Below, piece by piece: positions 48,712 to 56,824 of a stretch of DNA of 64,000 bases; within the stretch, counting starts at the first letter, position 1; each line of letters opens with the position of its first letter. Below the pieces are notes generated by a model. The model was not told the DNA's origin, made no database searches, and saw only the letters and a program-made list of their open reading frames with translations. The translations under genes were made by a program, and so were the position numbers. Source of the stretch: an uncultured delta proteobacterium (lineage in GTDB: Bacteria > Myxococcota_A > Polyangia > Polyangiales > Polyangiaceae). The stretch covers positions 64,001 to 128,000 of the forward strand of contig CAVQUB010000012.1 in the NCBI GenBank assembly GCA_963716725.1, written 5' to 3'.

Positions 48712-49416
48712 TCACCAGCTGCGGTGCACCGAGAACGCCTGGTTGGCCGTGTCGATGCTGAGGAACGAAATGTTGCCCTGGGCGCACGAGCCGCTGTTCA
48801 AGAACAAACGGTCGCCGTGCTCGGCGCGCGTCGCGATGTGAGTGTGCCCAGTGACGACCACGTCTGCGCTGCGCAGCCGTGCGACGTCCACGGCCCAACG
48901 CTGAAAGCTGCACGATGTGGCATCGAGGCTCGCCCCGCCCCGCATGCCGTCAACGCGGCGCAAGAGCTGATAAAGCGCGGCAAATCCGCAGCGCCGAATC
49001 CAGCCCCCGACCCAGACTCCGAGTTCACTCAGCAGGCGCGCGTGGCTCACGACCACGTCGTTCTGGTGGCCGTGCGTCATTAGCAGACGCACCCCGTCGG
49101 CCTGGAAGCTGAGCTCTTCGGGTGCGCCGCGCGCCCTCGCGGCGATGTCGTGGTTTCCGTGCACGTAGGCGTACATCGGCCCCTCGAAGCGGCGGGCGAT
49201 CTCCGGGTGGACCGCGCGCGCCTTGTCGAGCTGCGCCAGCGGGTTCCCAGGGAGTGCTCCGGTGAGCGTCTCCCAGATGTCGCCGAGCAGCACGACGCGT
49301 TCGAAGTTGCGCTCCAAGAAACCGAGGAAACGCAGGAACTCGCCGTCGTCGTGACCGAAGAGATCCGTCGCGCCTCCTGCTCCGAGATGCAGGTCCGAGA
49401 TGACTGCGAGTTTCAC
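48712..49416 (-). CDS. Metallophosphoesterase (LpxH-like)
   Basis: SDLHLG, LGD, GNHD, HGH, GHTH, NSG. Confidence 0.85.
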   Translation of the reverse strand: MKLAVISDLHLGAGGATDLFGHDDGEFLRFLGFLERNFERVVLLGDIWETLTGALPGNPLAQLDKARAVHPEIARRFEGPMYAYVHGNHDIAARARGAPEELSFQADGVRLLMTHGHQNDVVVSHARLLSELGVWVGGWIRRCGFAALYQLLRRVDGMRGGASLDATSCSFQRWAVDVARLRSADVVVTGHTHIATRAEHGDRLFLNSGSCAQGNISFLSIDTANQAFSVHRSW

Positions 49417-49698
49417 GCGTCGTCTCCGTCGTGGAGAGCTTGCAGAAACATTTGCTCACGCTTTCTTTAGCTCGGGAACAAGCATCGGCAAGCGGCTTCT
49501 GTTCGGTGCGACAGCGTTGTCATGGTCGCACCCCGCATGACATTTCTGTCATGGTCAGTCAGGTCGGAAAACCTGCCCTGAAAAGCGGCGCATGGTTTTT
49601 GCGACTGCTATGCTCCGTAGTGCTCGCAACGGTATTCGCCGCGCTCGGCTGGTCGAGAGCGGACAGCTGAAAACGGGCGTTTCGGAGGTCAGTTCGAT

Positions 49699-49995
49699 AT
49701 GCGTTTAAGGAATCTCGCTTTTGGTTTGGCATGTCTCACCGCCATGTCCGCCGTCGTGGTGGGCTGCGGCGATGATGACGACGACGAGAAGACGGGCACC
49801 GGCGGAGCAACGTCGGGCGGCGGCGGCTCGGGTGGCTCGGGCGGCTCCGGCGGCTCCGGCGGCACCGCGGGTGCTGGCGGCACCGCGGGTGCTGGCGGCA
49901 CCGCGGGTGTTGGCGGCGGCGCAGGTGCTGGCGGCGGCGCAGGCGCTGGCGGCGGCGCAGGCGCTGGCGGTTCCAGCGACTCCGGCACTGACTGA
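49699..49995 (+). CDS. Small Gly-rich lipoprotein
   Basis: GGAGG RBS, lipobox VVGC, only low-complexity repeats thereafter. Confidence 0.7.
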   Translation: MRLRNLAFGLACLTAMSAVVVGCGDDDDDEKTGTGGATSGGGGSGGSGGSGGSGGTAGAGGTAGAGGTAGVGGGAGAGGGAGAGGGAGAGGSSDSGTD

Positions 49996-50123
49996 GTCAG
50001 GAGCTGGAGCGGCGAGCCGGTCTTGCCACACTGCGATACTTCTGCGGCGTCCTCCGGGGCGCCGCAGTTTTTCGTGGCGATAGGCGCGCGGAGTCCACGG
50101 AGGCGCTAGCATGCCCGCCCGGC

Positions 50124-51248
50124 ATGCTGCGCATTGCCCTTCAGTCGCTGGCCCACGACCGGGGCAAGTTGGTGGCGTCCATCGCGGGTGTCGCCTTCGC
50201 GGCGACGCTGGTGCTGGCGCAGGTGGGGCTGTACGCGGGCTTCCTCGAGAGCTCGAGCGCCGTCATCCGCTACGTCGGAGGCGATGTTTGGGTCATGCCC
50301 AAGGGAACCGTCGTCGTCGACAACGGTGAACGGCTCAGCGCCGGGAGCCGCGAGATCGCATCGGCCCATCCCTGCGTCAAAAGCGTCCGCGGACTCGTGC
50401 TCTCGTTCCAGGCCCTCCGCAAGCCCAACGGCAGCCTGGAGGCCGTGCAGATCGTCGGCTTCGAGCCCAGCCCGGAGCGCGTATTGCCGTGGGCCATGGC
50501 CCGCGGGCTGCCCCAGGACTTGCACGCGCCCGGGCGCGTTGCGATTGACCGCCTCGACGTCGAGAAGCTCGCCATCGAAGGCGATCCCATCGGTGCCGAA
50601 CTCGGGATCGGTCGCGACTCCGTGCGGGTCGCGGCCATCACGGATGGGATCCGAGCTTTCACGCTGGCACCCTACGTATTCACCGAGCTCGACACCGCAC
50701 GCCGGCTCGCCATGCTCGGCGCCGACCAGTCGTACTATTGGGTGCTCGACCTGGCGCGTCCCGAGTGCACGGCGGAGGTCGTCGCGGCCGTCAGCCGACA
50801 CCCCGATCTGATCGCTCGGCGCACGGAGGACTTCCAGCAGCTGACCGAAGACTACTGGGTCGCCGGCTCCGGTGCGGGGACGGCCATCGGTTTCAGTGCG
50901 CTCTTGGGTCTCGTGGTCGGCGTCGTGATCGTGGGTCAGACGCTGTACGCCGTGACGAAAGAACATCTGCGCGAGCTCGCCACGCTCAAGGCGATCGGCG
51001 CTTCTCCGGCCGAGATCGTCAGTTTCGTGGCCTGGCAGGCGGCGTTCTTGGCCCTCATCGGCGGTGGTTTTGGCCTGCTGATGGCCTTTGGTGTGCGAAG
51101 TTGGGCCGTGGACTACGGCCTCACCATCGTGCTCTCGGGGCCCGTGCTGGCGGTCGGATGCGGAGCGGTGCTCTTGATGTGTGCCGTCGCAAGCTTGTGG
51201 AGCGTGCGCGCGGTGATGGCGCTCGAGGCCGCCGAGGTGTTTAGGTGA
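50124..51248 (+). CDS. ABC permease (DevC/FtsX-MacB type)
   Basis: TM1, periplasmic domain, VGQTLY..ELATLKAIG. Confidence 0.9.
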   Translation: MLRIALQSLAHDRGKLVASIAGVAFAATLVLAQVGLYAGFLESSSAVIRYVGGDVWVMPKGTVVVDNGERLSAGSREIASAHPCVKSVRGLVLSFQALRKPNGSLEAVQIVGFEPSPERVLPWAMARGLPQDLHAPGRVAIDRLDVEKLAIEGDPIGAELGIGRDSVRVAAITDGIRAFTLAPYVFTELDTARRLAMLGADQSYYWVLDLARPECTAEVVAAVSRHPDLIARRTEDFQQLTEDYWVAGSGAGTAIGFSALLGLVVGVVIVGQTLYAVTKEHLRELATLKAIGASPAEIVSFVAWQAAFLALIGGGFGLLMAFGVRSWAVDYGLTIVLSGPVLAVGCGAVLLMCAVASLWSVRAVMALEAAEVFR

Positions 51249-51955
51249 CCAAGGCCCTCGTACGTTCCGTTGCCCTCGAGAAGACCTTCGGTGAGGGTGA
51301 GCTGGCGACTCCAGTTCTACGCGGCGTCTCCATCGAGGTGCTGGCGGGGGAGCTGGTCCTGCTCATGGGGCCGTCGGGTTCGGGCAAGACGACGCTGATT
51401 TCAATCCTCGCCGGGCTGCTGCGTCCCACGGCTGGGCGAGTCGAGCTTTGCGGATCGGCGATCTCCGAGCTGCACGAAGCGGATGTGACGCGTGTCAGAC
51501 GCCGGCATCTGGGATTCGTCTTTCAGAGCTACAATCTGTTCCCGGCATTGACCGCCCTGGACAACATCGCCGAAGTGCTGAAGCTCAAGGGGCTCCCGAG
51601 AAAGGATGCGCGAGAGCGAGCGAAGCGCGCGCTCGCGGAGGTCGGCCTGGCAGATCGGCTCCACCACCGGCCGGGCGAGTTGTCCGGTGGCCAGAAACAG
51701 CGAGTCGCAATCGCCCGGGCGCTGGCCGGGGATCCCGCGTTGATTCTGGGCGACGAGGTCACCGCTGCGCTCGACACGCACACCGCGCTGCAGGTGCTCG
51801 AGATCCTCCGCCGTCAGATCACGTCGGAGCGAGGCATACTCTTGGTCACCCACGACCGCAGGCTCGAGCAATACGCCGATCGAGTGATCGAGATCGAAGA
51901 CGGACGCATCGCCCGCGTCTTGCCCGGCGGCGCTGGCGCGGGAGCAGCGGCATGA
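51245..51955 (+). CDS. ABC ATP-binding protein (DevA/LolD-like)
   Basis: GPSGSGKT, LSGGQKQRVAIARA, VTHD. Confidence 0.95.
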   Translation: MTKALVRSVALEKTFGEGELATPVLRGVSIEVLAGELVLLMGPSGSGKTTLISILAGLLRPTAGRVELCGSAISELHEADVTRVRRRHLGFVFQSYNLFPALTALDNIAEVLKLKGLPRKDARERAKRALAEVGLADRLHHRPGELSGGQKQRVAIARALAGDPALILGDEVTAALDTHTALQVLEILRRQITSERGILLVTHDRRLEQYADRVIEIEDGRIARVLPGGAGAGAAA

Positions 51956-53175
51956 AGCGGGTTGGTCGTTGGTGGATTGGCGCCCTGACGGTGATCGCGG
52001 CGGCTGGGGGCGGACTCTGGCTTCACGGCCGAGCGACGGCGGAGACGGCTCCCGTCGAAGCCGGCGAGGTCGGCGAGCGCATCGTTGCGCGCGCCGTCGT
52101 CGTCCCCCGCGAGGGCGTCGCCGAAGTCCGCTCGCGCAGCGACGGCAAGGTCGTCAAGGTCTTGGTGCGAGTCGGACAGACGGTGAGGTCCGGTGAGCTG
52201 CTGGCCGAGATTGAACCAGAGACCGTCGTGAGCGAAGTGGCGCGGCGTGAGGCCGAGCTCGACAGCCTGCGCGGGAGCGCGAGTTCGGTGGCGCAAGGCG
52301 CTCGCCCCGAGGAAGTCTCGCTCGCCGAGGCCGAGCTTCGCGCCACCAAGGAGGAGCTCGAGCTCGCCGAGACGCGAGCCGCGCGGGAACAGAAGCTGGT
52401 GGACCGGGGAGTGAGCCCGACGGCCGCTGTCGACGAGGCAAACCGGGCCCGTGGCGTGGCGCGTGCCCGAGTCGAAGCTGCCGATGCGCGCTTGCGCCTC
52501 GCCAAAGCTGGAGGACGCAAGAGCGAGATCACGTCGGCCAACGCTCGAGTCCGGGCCGCCCGGGCTGCCGTATCGCAAGCCAAACAGGAGCTCGACAAGA
52601 CCAGGATCCTCGCGCCGATTGCCGGCGTCGTGCTCTCGCGCGGCATCGATCCGGGGGACGTGATCGCGGGCAGTGCGGCCGGAGTTGGTGCGCCGGTCTT
52701 CGAGATCGCCGATGTGTCCAACGTCGAGCTTCAGATGGAGGTCGAAGAAGTGGACTCGTCCCGTCTGGTGGCCGGCCTCGAGGTTCGCGTGACGCCGTCG
52801 GGGCGGCCGGACACCATTGGCATGGGCACCGTCTCCAGAGTCGGCGCCCAGCTCCAGCGCCGCAGCATCGGGGCCTTCGACGCGCGGGAGCGTGGCGAGG
52901 GATGGGTGCGGGTAGGGTGGATCGACGTGCGCTGGGAGGACGACCGCGTCATGCCGCTCGGCCAGCGCGTCGAGGTTGTCGCCGAGCTGCCGCCGCGCAA
53001 GGTGACGGCGCGCGTGCCGCGTGAATCCGTTCGAGTCCGCAACGGCCGGGCAACGGTGGACCTGGTCTCGGGCCTCGGCTTTCGCGAGACGCCCGTGCGC
53101 CTTGGGGCCGCCGACGACACCCACGTCGAGGTCAGCGGGTTGCCCGTTGGAGCCCGCGTGCGGGCGCGCCACTAG
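51952..53175 (+). CDS. HlyD-family membrane fusion protein
   Basis: N-terminal TM, lipoyl halves flanking a coiled coil, APIAGVV. Confidence 0.88.
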   Translation: MKRVGRWWIGALTVIAAAGGGLWLHGRATAETAPVEAGEVGERIVARAVVVPREGVAEVRSRSDGKVVKVLVRVGQTVRSGELLAEIEPETVVSEVARREAELDSLRGSASSVAQGARPEEVSLAEAELRATKEELELAETRAAREQKLVDRGVSPTAAVDEANRARGVARARVEAADARLRLAKAGGRKSEITSANARVRAARAAVSQAKQELDKTRILAPIAGVVLSRGIDPGDVIAGSAAGVGAPVFEIADVSNVELQMEVEEVDSSRLVAGLEVRVTPSGRPDTIGMGTVSRVGAQLQRRSIGAFDARERGEGWVRVGWIDVRWEDDRVMPLGQRVEVVAELPPRKVTARVPRESVRVRNGRATVDLVSGLGFRETPVRLGAADDTHVEVSGLPVGARVRARH

Positions 53176-53815
53176 TGCCGCGCGGCCGAAGTTCGAGTGG
53201 ATTCGCCCCTGGGACCTGCGCTCATTTGGGCTCTCACAGGAAGGGCGGAAGAGCGGAAGGATTTGGGGGGGGCAGGCGTGAGCCCCCGCAGGCCATTTCT
53301 GAGCGCGGTCACGTTGAAGTTGACGAGCAGGCCGCCAGGCAACTGCGAAAGGCGCAGATAGGTGATGACCTGCGCTTCGTGAATCGGGAGCAGCCGCTCG
53401 ACCGCCCCGAGCTCCAGGAGGATATGATCTGGAAGCGACCAGGTCGAGGCGATAGGCGCAGTCAAGGTGCACGCCTTTTTGGCGGATTGGTAGCGGATTG
53501 GTAGCGGTCGCTGCCGCTCGAACCTGAGCCGTCGTTCGGACAGCTCGGCAGATAGACAGGCCTCGTATGCGGATTCCATCTGCCCTGGACCGAGATGCCG
53601 ATGCACCTCGATCAGCGCACCGATCACCTCGTCCGTCCCATCCCCAAATCTTCCGAGCTTTCGCCCTTCCTGTGCCATCCCCGTGCGAGCGGAACCGTCG
53701 GACGACCACCGTGCGCTCGGCCCGCGAACGCGCTGTAGTCGATCATGTCACCCCACTACACCGACGACACGCACACGAAAAAGAAACCAGCGAAACTTCT
53801 GCCGCGCGCCACTAG
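53172..53815. mobile_element. Non-autonomous IS630-like element bounded by CTAG and ~21-bp inverted repeats
   Basis: Left CTAG-TGCCGCGCGGCCGAAGTTCG; right end reverse-complemented CTAG-TGGCGCGCGGCAGAAGTTTCG. Confidence 0.7.
53280..53678 (-). pseudogene. GxxExxY protein with an internally frameshifted segment
   Basis: EVHRHLGPGQMESAY...EAQVITYLRLS..GLLVNFN; the KGVHLDCAYRLDL segment is in another frame after an 11-bp tandem duplication (GCGGATTGGTA x2). Confidence 0.85.
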
Positions 53816-53825
53816 CCCAAACTCG

Positions 53826-54869
53826 TCACTTCGAATTCTGGGCCGCGAGATTCACCAACGGGGAGTTGTACGGATCGTACCCTTCTTGGCGGTCGACCAC
53901 CTTCATCGTTCTCGGATCCACGACCAGCCCGAGGGGCAGGCCGTTCGAGCCGGGACCCTTGAAGGTGAACGCGGGATCCACGCCGCAGCTCCACTCTTTG
54001 GCTTTGTAGGTGTTCTTCCACGACTCCGCGTGCTTGAGCTGCGCGGGGCTCCCGGAGTTGTCTTGGATGATCAGGGTCAGAACCTCGATGCCCTTCTGAC
54101 TCCAGCCCCCGGACATTTTCGAGTTCAGTGCCTGCGCCTCGGTCTTGCAGGCGCCGCACCAGAGCGCGGATTGGACCAGGAACAACGCGTGGATGCCGCG
54201 CTTGCCGTCGCAGTCGAAGTAGTCCGTGATCGAGATCGTCGACGCCGTACTGGAGCCGTCGACGAAGCCTTGCCACGACAGCTTTGGATCGAGGACCTTG
54301 CCCACGGAGGTCCCGTAGGGCCCGCTCGGATACACGCAGGTGCTTCCGCCGTTGCCGGTCCCGCCCCCGCCGGAGTTCACGACGCCGCCGTTGCCGCCGC
54401 CGCTGGTCGAGCCTCCGACATTTCCACTGCCGCCGTTGGAACCGCCGCCCCAACCGCCGCCGCTCGGGCTGCCACCGTTGGAACCGCCACCCCAGCCACC
54501 GCCGCTCGGGCTGCCGCCGTTGGAACCGCCGCCCCAACCGCCGCCGCCGGGGCTGCCGCCTCCGCCTTCTGAAAGACCACCACCCCCGCCAGCGGGCGGA
54601 GGTGGGTTCGGGGGCGGGGGAGGGCCTCCGGGTGGACCGCAGCTCTCGACGCACCCGACTTTGTCGCCGGTCGCGCAGATGCACGAGGCGATGCAGCCGG
54701 TGCACGCCGAGCACCCGCTCTCCGGTTCACAGCCTGGGGTGCCCACCCCGCCGCCCGCCCCGATTGCGCTCTCGTCCTCCTCTCCAACGCCCGACGGTTG
54801 TGCGCAGGCCGCGAGCACGAGGCTCGCAAAGACGGCGACTGCCGGCGTTCTCTTCCTGATCGCCGCCAT
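53826..54869 (-). CDS. Thioredoxin-like (redoxin) lipoprotein
   Basis: Lipobox LAAC; YPSGPYG; ALWCGAC. Confidence 0.8.
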   Translation of the reverse strand: MAAIRKRTPAVAVFASLVLAACAQPSGVGEEDESAIGAGGGVGTPGCEPESGCSACTGCIASCICATGDKVGCVESCGPPGGPPPPPNPPPPAGGGGGLSEGGGGSPGGGGWGGGSNGGSPSGGGWGGGSNGGSPSGGGWGGGSNGGSGNVGGSTSGGGNGGVVNSGGGGTGNGGSTCVYPSGPYGTSVGKVLDPKLSWQGFVDGSSTASTISITDYFDCDGKRGIHALFLVQSALWCGACKTEAQALNSKMSGGWSQKGIEVLTLIIQDNSGSPAQLKHAESWKNTYKAKEWSCGVDPAFTFKGPGSNGLPLGLVVDPRTMKVVDRQEGYDPYNSPLVNLAAQNSK

Positions 54870-54927
54870 CGAGGGTCTGACCCCTCTCGACCGCCGACCT
54901 TGCAAAAGTTTGTGGGGCTTGGAGCGG

Positions 54928-56325
54928 CTAGGAGCGGCGGCGCCTGGCGGCAGCGACCAGCGTCAGCGCGAGGAGCCAGGGCACAGCCCCACCGGGGGCC
55001 GGGCTCGTTCGGCAGCCGCAGCCGCCATCGTCGTTGGCCTCTCCGCCGGTCGGCAAGCCGGCGTCGGCCGGTCCGGAGCCCCGGCCCTGGCCCGAGAGCG
55101 CCACTTTGATGAAGCGCGCGTCCGGATCGTTGGTGACCAGGGTCAGCACGCTGCTCGCCTTGCCGGGTGCGGCCGGTGAGAACTTCACCGAATAGGTCCC
55201 CGACTGCTGTGAGGCGACCAGGACCTCGGCCGTGGTCGACGAGAATGCTTTGGACTCCCCCGAGTCGAAGAAGCCGGCGGCGCGCGCCTTGGCCTCGCCG
55301 ACGTTGCTCAGGGTCAGCGTCAGGGTCTTCGACTCGCCGACGTCCACGGCGCCGAACTCGAGCTCCGGCGCCACCTGCTCGAGATCGGGCAGGGGGACAT
55401 GCACGCGCAGCGGATCGAAGACGAAGTCCTGCTTGCCGACGTCGAAGGAGACCGGGATGTCTACCACCGGGATGTTGAAGTCCTTGCCCAAGACCTTGAC
55501 GAAGAAGGTCGGGATCAGGTGCAGCGTGCCGGCGTAGTCCACTCGCCCCTCCGGGAAGACGTCGTATTCGACGAACGCGCCGCCGAGAAAAGCACGCGTG
55601 GTCGTGCCGCCGGCGCTGGTGATGGGCGCTTCGGTCACTTTTGCCGGTTCGATGCGGATGCGCTCGGTCTGGTAGGTGGCGGTCAGATCTCCCGAGACGT
55701 CCAGGGCAACGCCGCCCTTGCTGATCTGGCTGGGGATGCCCAGCATGTCGAGCAGATTGACCTCGAACATGCGTAGCTTGGGGCTCTTGCCGGTCGCCTT
55801 CGCGACGCTCGGAGCGAAGGCCCAGGGTGTGAACTTCGTCTCGGCCTTCAGGTGAAAATCGATCTGCGGGACGTAGGGGATGTTTCCCTCCCACTTCACC
55901 GGCACGCCGATCACCGACACGTCGAGCTTGGCTTTCGCCCCGAGCTCGAGGCCGTAGTCGAACTTCAGCAGGCCGTGGGTTCCGCCTGGCGTCGCGAGCG
56001 TCATGGCTTCGGGCCAGGTCGTCTCCAGGGCGCCGTCGAGCTCGACCGTGGTGCTCGCCGGGATCTTCAGGAAGAAGCGCACCTGGAGATCGCTGCCCTG
56101 GGGGACCCAACCCGTGTCGAAGTCGAAGGCGACTGGGAGGGAAATCGTCTTGGCGTAAGCGAGCTTCGCCGTCGTGCACTCGAGGTCCGTCTCGCTGCAG
56201 TAGGTCGCGAGCACATCCCAGGGATCCGCTCCCCCGTCGCCCGCTCCGCCATCGGCCAGCGCCGGTGTGCCCCACGCCGCTCCGGCCAGCGTGGCGACGG
56301 TCAATGCCCGGATGAACTCACGCAC
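54928..56325 (-). CDS. MYXO-CTERM surface protein with ASH/choice-of-anchor-D domain
   Basis: LEFGAVDVG..LSNVG..TNDPD; GGCGC + TM + RRRRS. Confidence 0.85.
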   Translation of the reverse strand: MREFIRALTVATLAGAAWGTPALADGGAGDGGADPWDVLATYCSETDLECTTAKLAYAKTISLPVAFDFDTGWVPQGSDLQVRFFLKIPASTTVELDGALETTWPEAMTLATPGGTHGLLKFDYGLELGAKAKLDVSVIGVPVKWEGNIPYVPQIDFHLKAETKFTPWAFAPSVAKATGKSPKLRMFEVNLLDMLGIPSQISKGGVALDVSGDLTATYQTERIRIEPAKVTEAPITSAGGTTTRAFLGGAFVEYDVFPEGRVDYAGTLHLIPTFFVKVLGKDFNIPVVDIPVSFDVGKQDFVFDPLRVHVPLPDLEQVAPELEFGAVDVGESKTLTLTLSNVGEAKARAAGFFDSGESKAFSSTTAEVLVASQQSGTYSVKFSPAAPGKASSVLTLVTNDPDARFIKVALSGQGRGSGPADAGLPTGGEANDDGGCGCRTSPAPGGAVPWLLALTLVAAARRRRS

Positions 56326-56400
56326 GGCCCCGAGATTACCACGGAATTAGCGCGCACGCGTTGAAGGAGGCCCCGCCGTGAGTTATGGGTTCGCCTCTCC

Positions 56401-56823
56401 GTGGCCACGTCCGAAGCCGAAATAGAAGCCCGCGTCCGCCGTTGGGACGCTCTGGGCATGATCGTATCCATCGCCTGCGTGGTCCACTGCGTGGCGCTTC
56501 CCCTCGCCCTCGGGCTCTTGCCGGCCCTCGGGCTCTCGTTCCTCGCGAACGAGGGCGTGCACGAGGTGCTGGCCGTCGTGGTCGTGGTTGTTGCCCTGTT
56601 GGCCTTCGTCCCCGGCTACCGGGTGCACCACGCTCGGTACGTACCGGCCGTCGGCGCCATCGGCGTCGCCCTGTTGACCGGTGCTGCCTTCGCCCCCGGC
56701 CTATCAGTGGTGATCGAGTCGGTCGTGACGGCCTTTGGAGGCACTGTGCTCGTGACCGCTCACGTGCTCAACCACCGTGCGCTGGCCCGTGCACACGTTC
56801 ACACTCCAGAGTGCTCGCACTGA
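56401..56823 (+). CDS. MerC-family membrane protein
   Basis: WDALG..SIACVVHCVALP, 4 TM, AHVLN, His-rich tail. Confidence 0.85.
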   Translation: MATSEAEIEARVRRWDALGMIVSIACVVHCVALPLALGLLPALGLSFLANEGVHEVLAVVVVVVALLAFVPGYRVHHARYVPAVGAIGVALLTGAAFAPGLSVVIESVVTAFGGTVLVTAHVLNHRALARAHVHTPECSH

Positions 56824-56824
56824 G

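Noticed and set aside
56401..56823. Mercury resistance operon
   Set aside because: Lone MerC-family gene; no merR, merA, merT or merP
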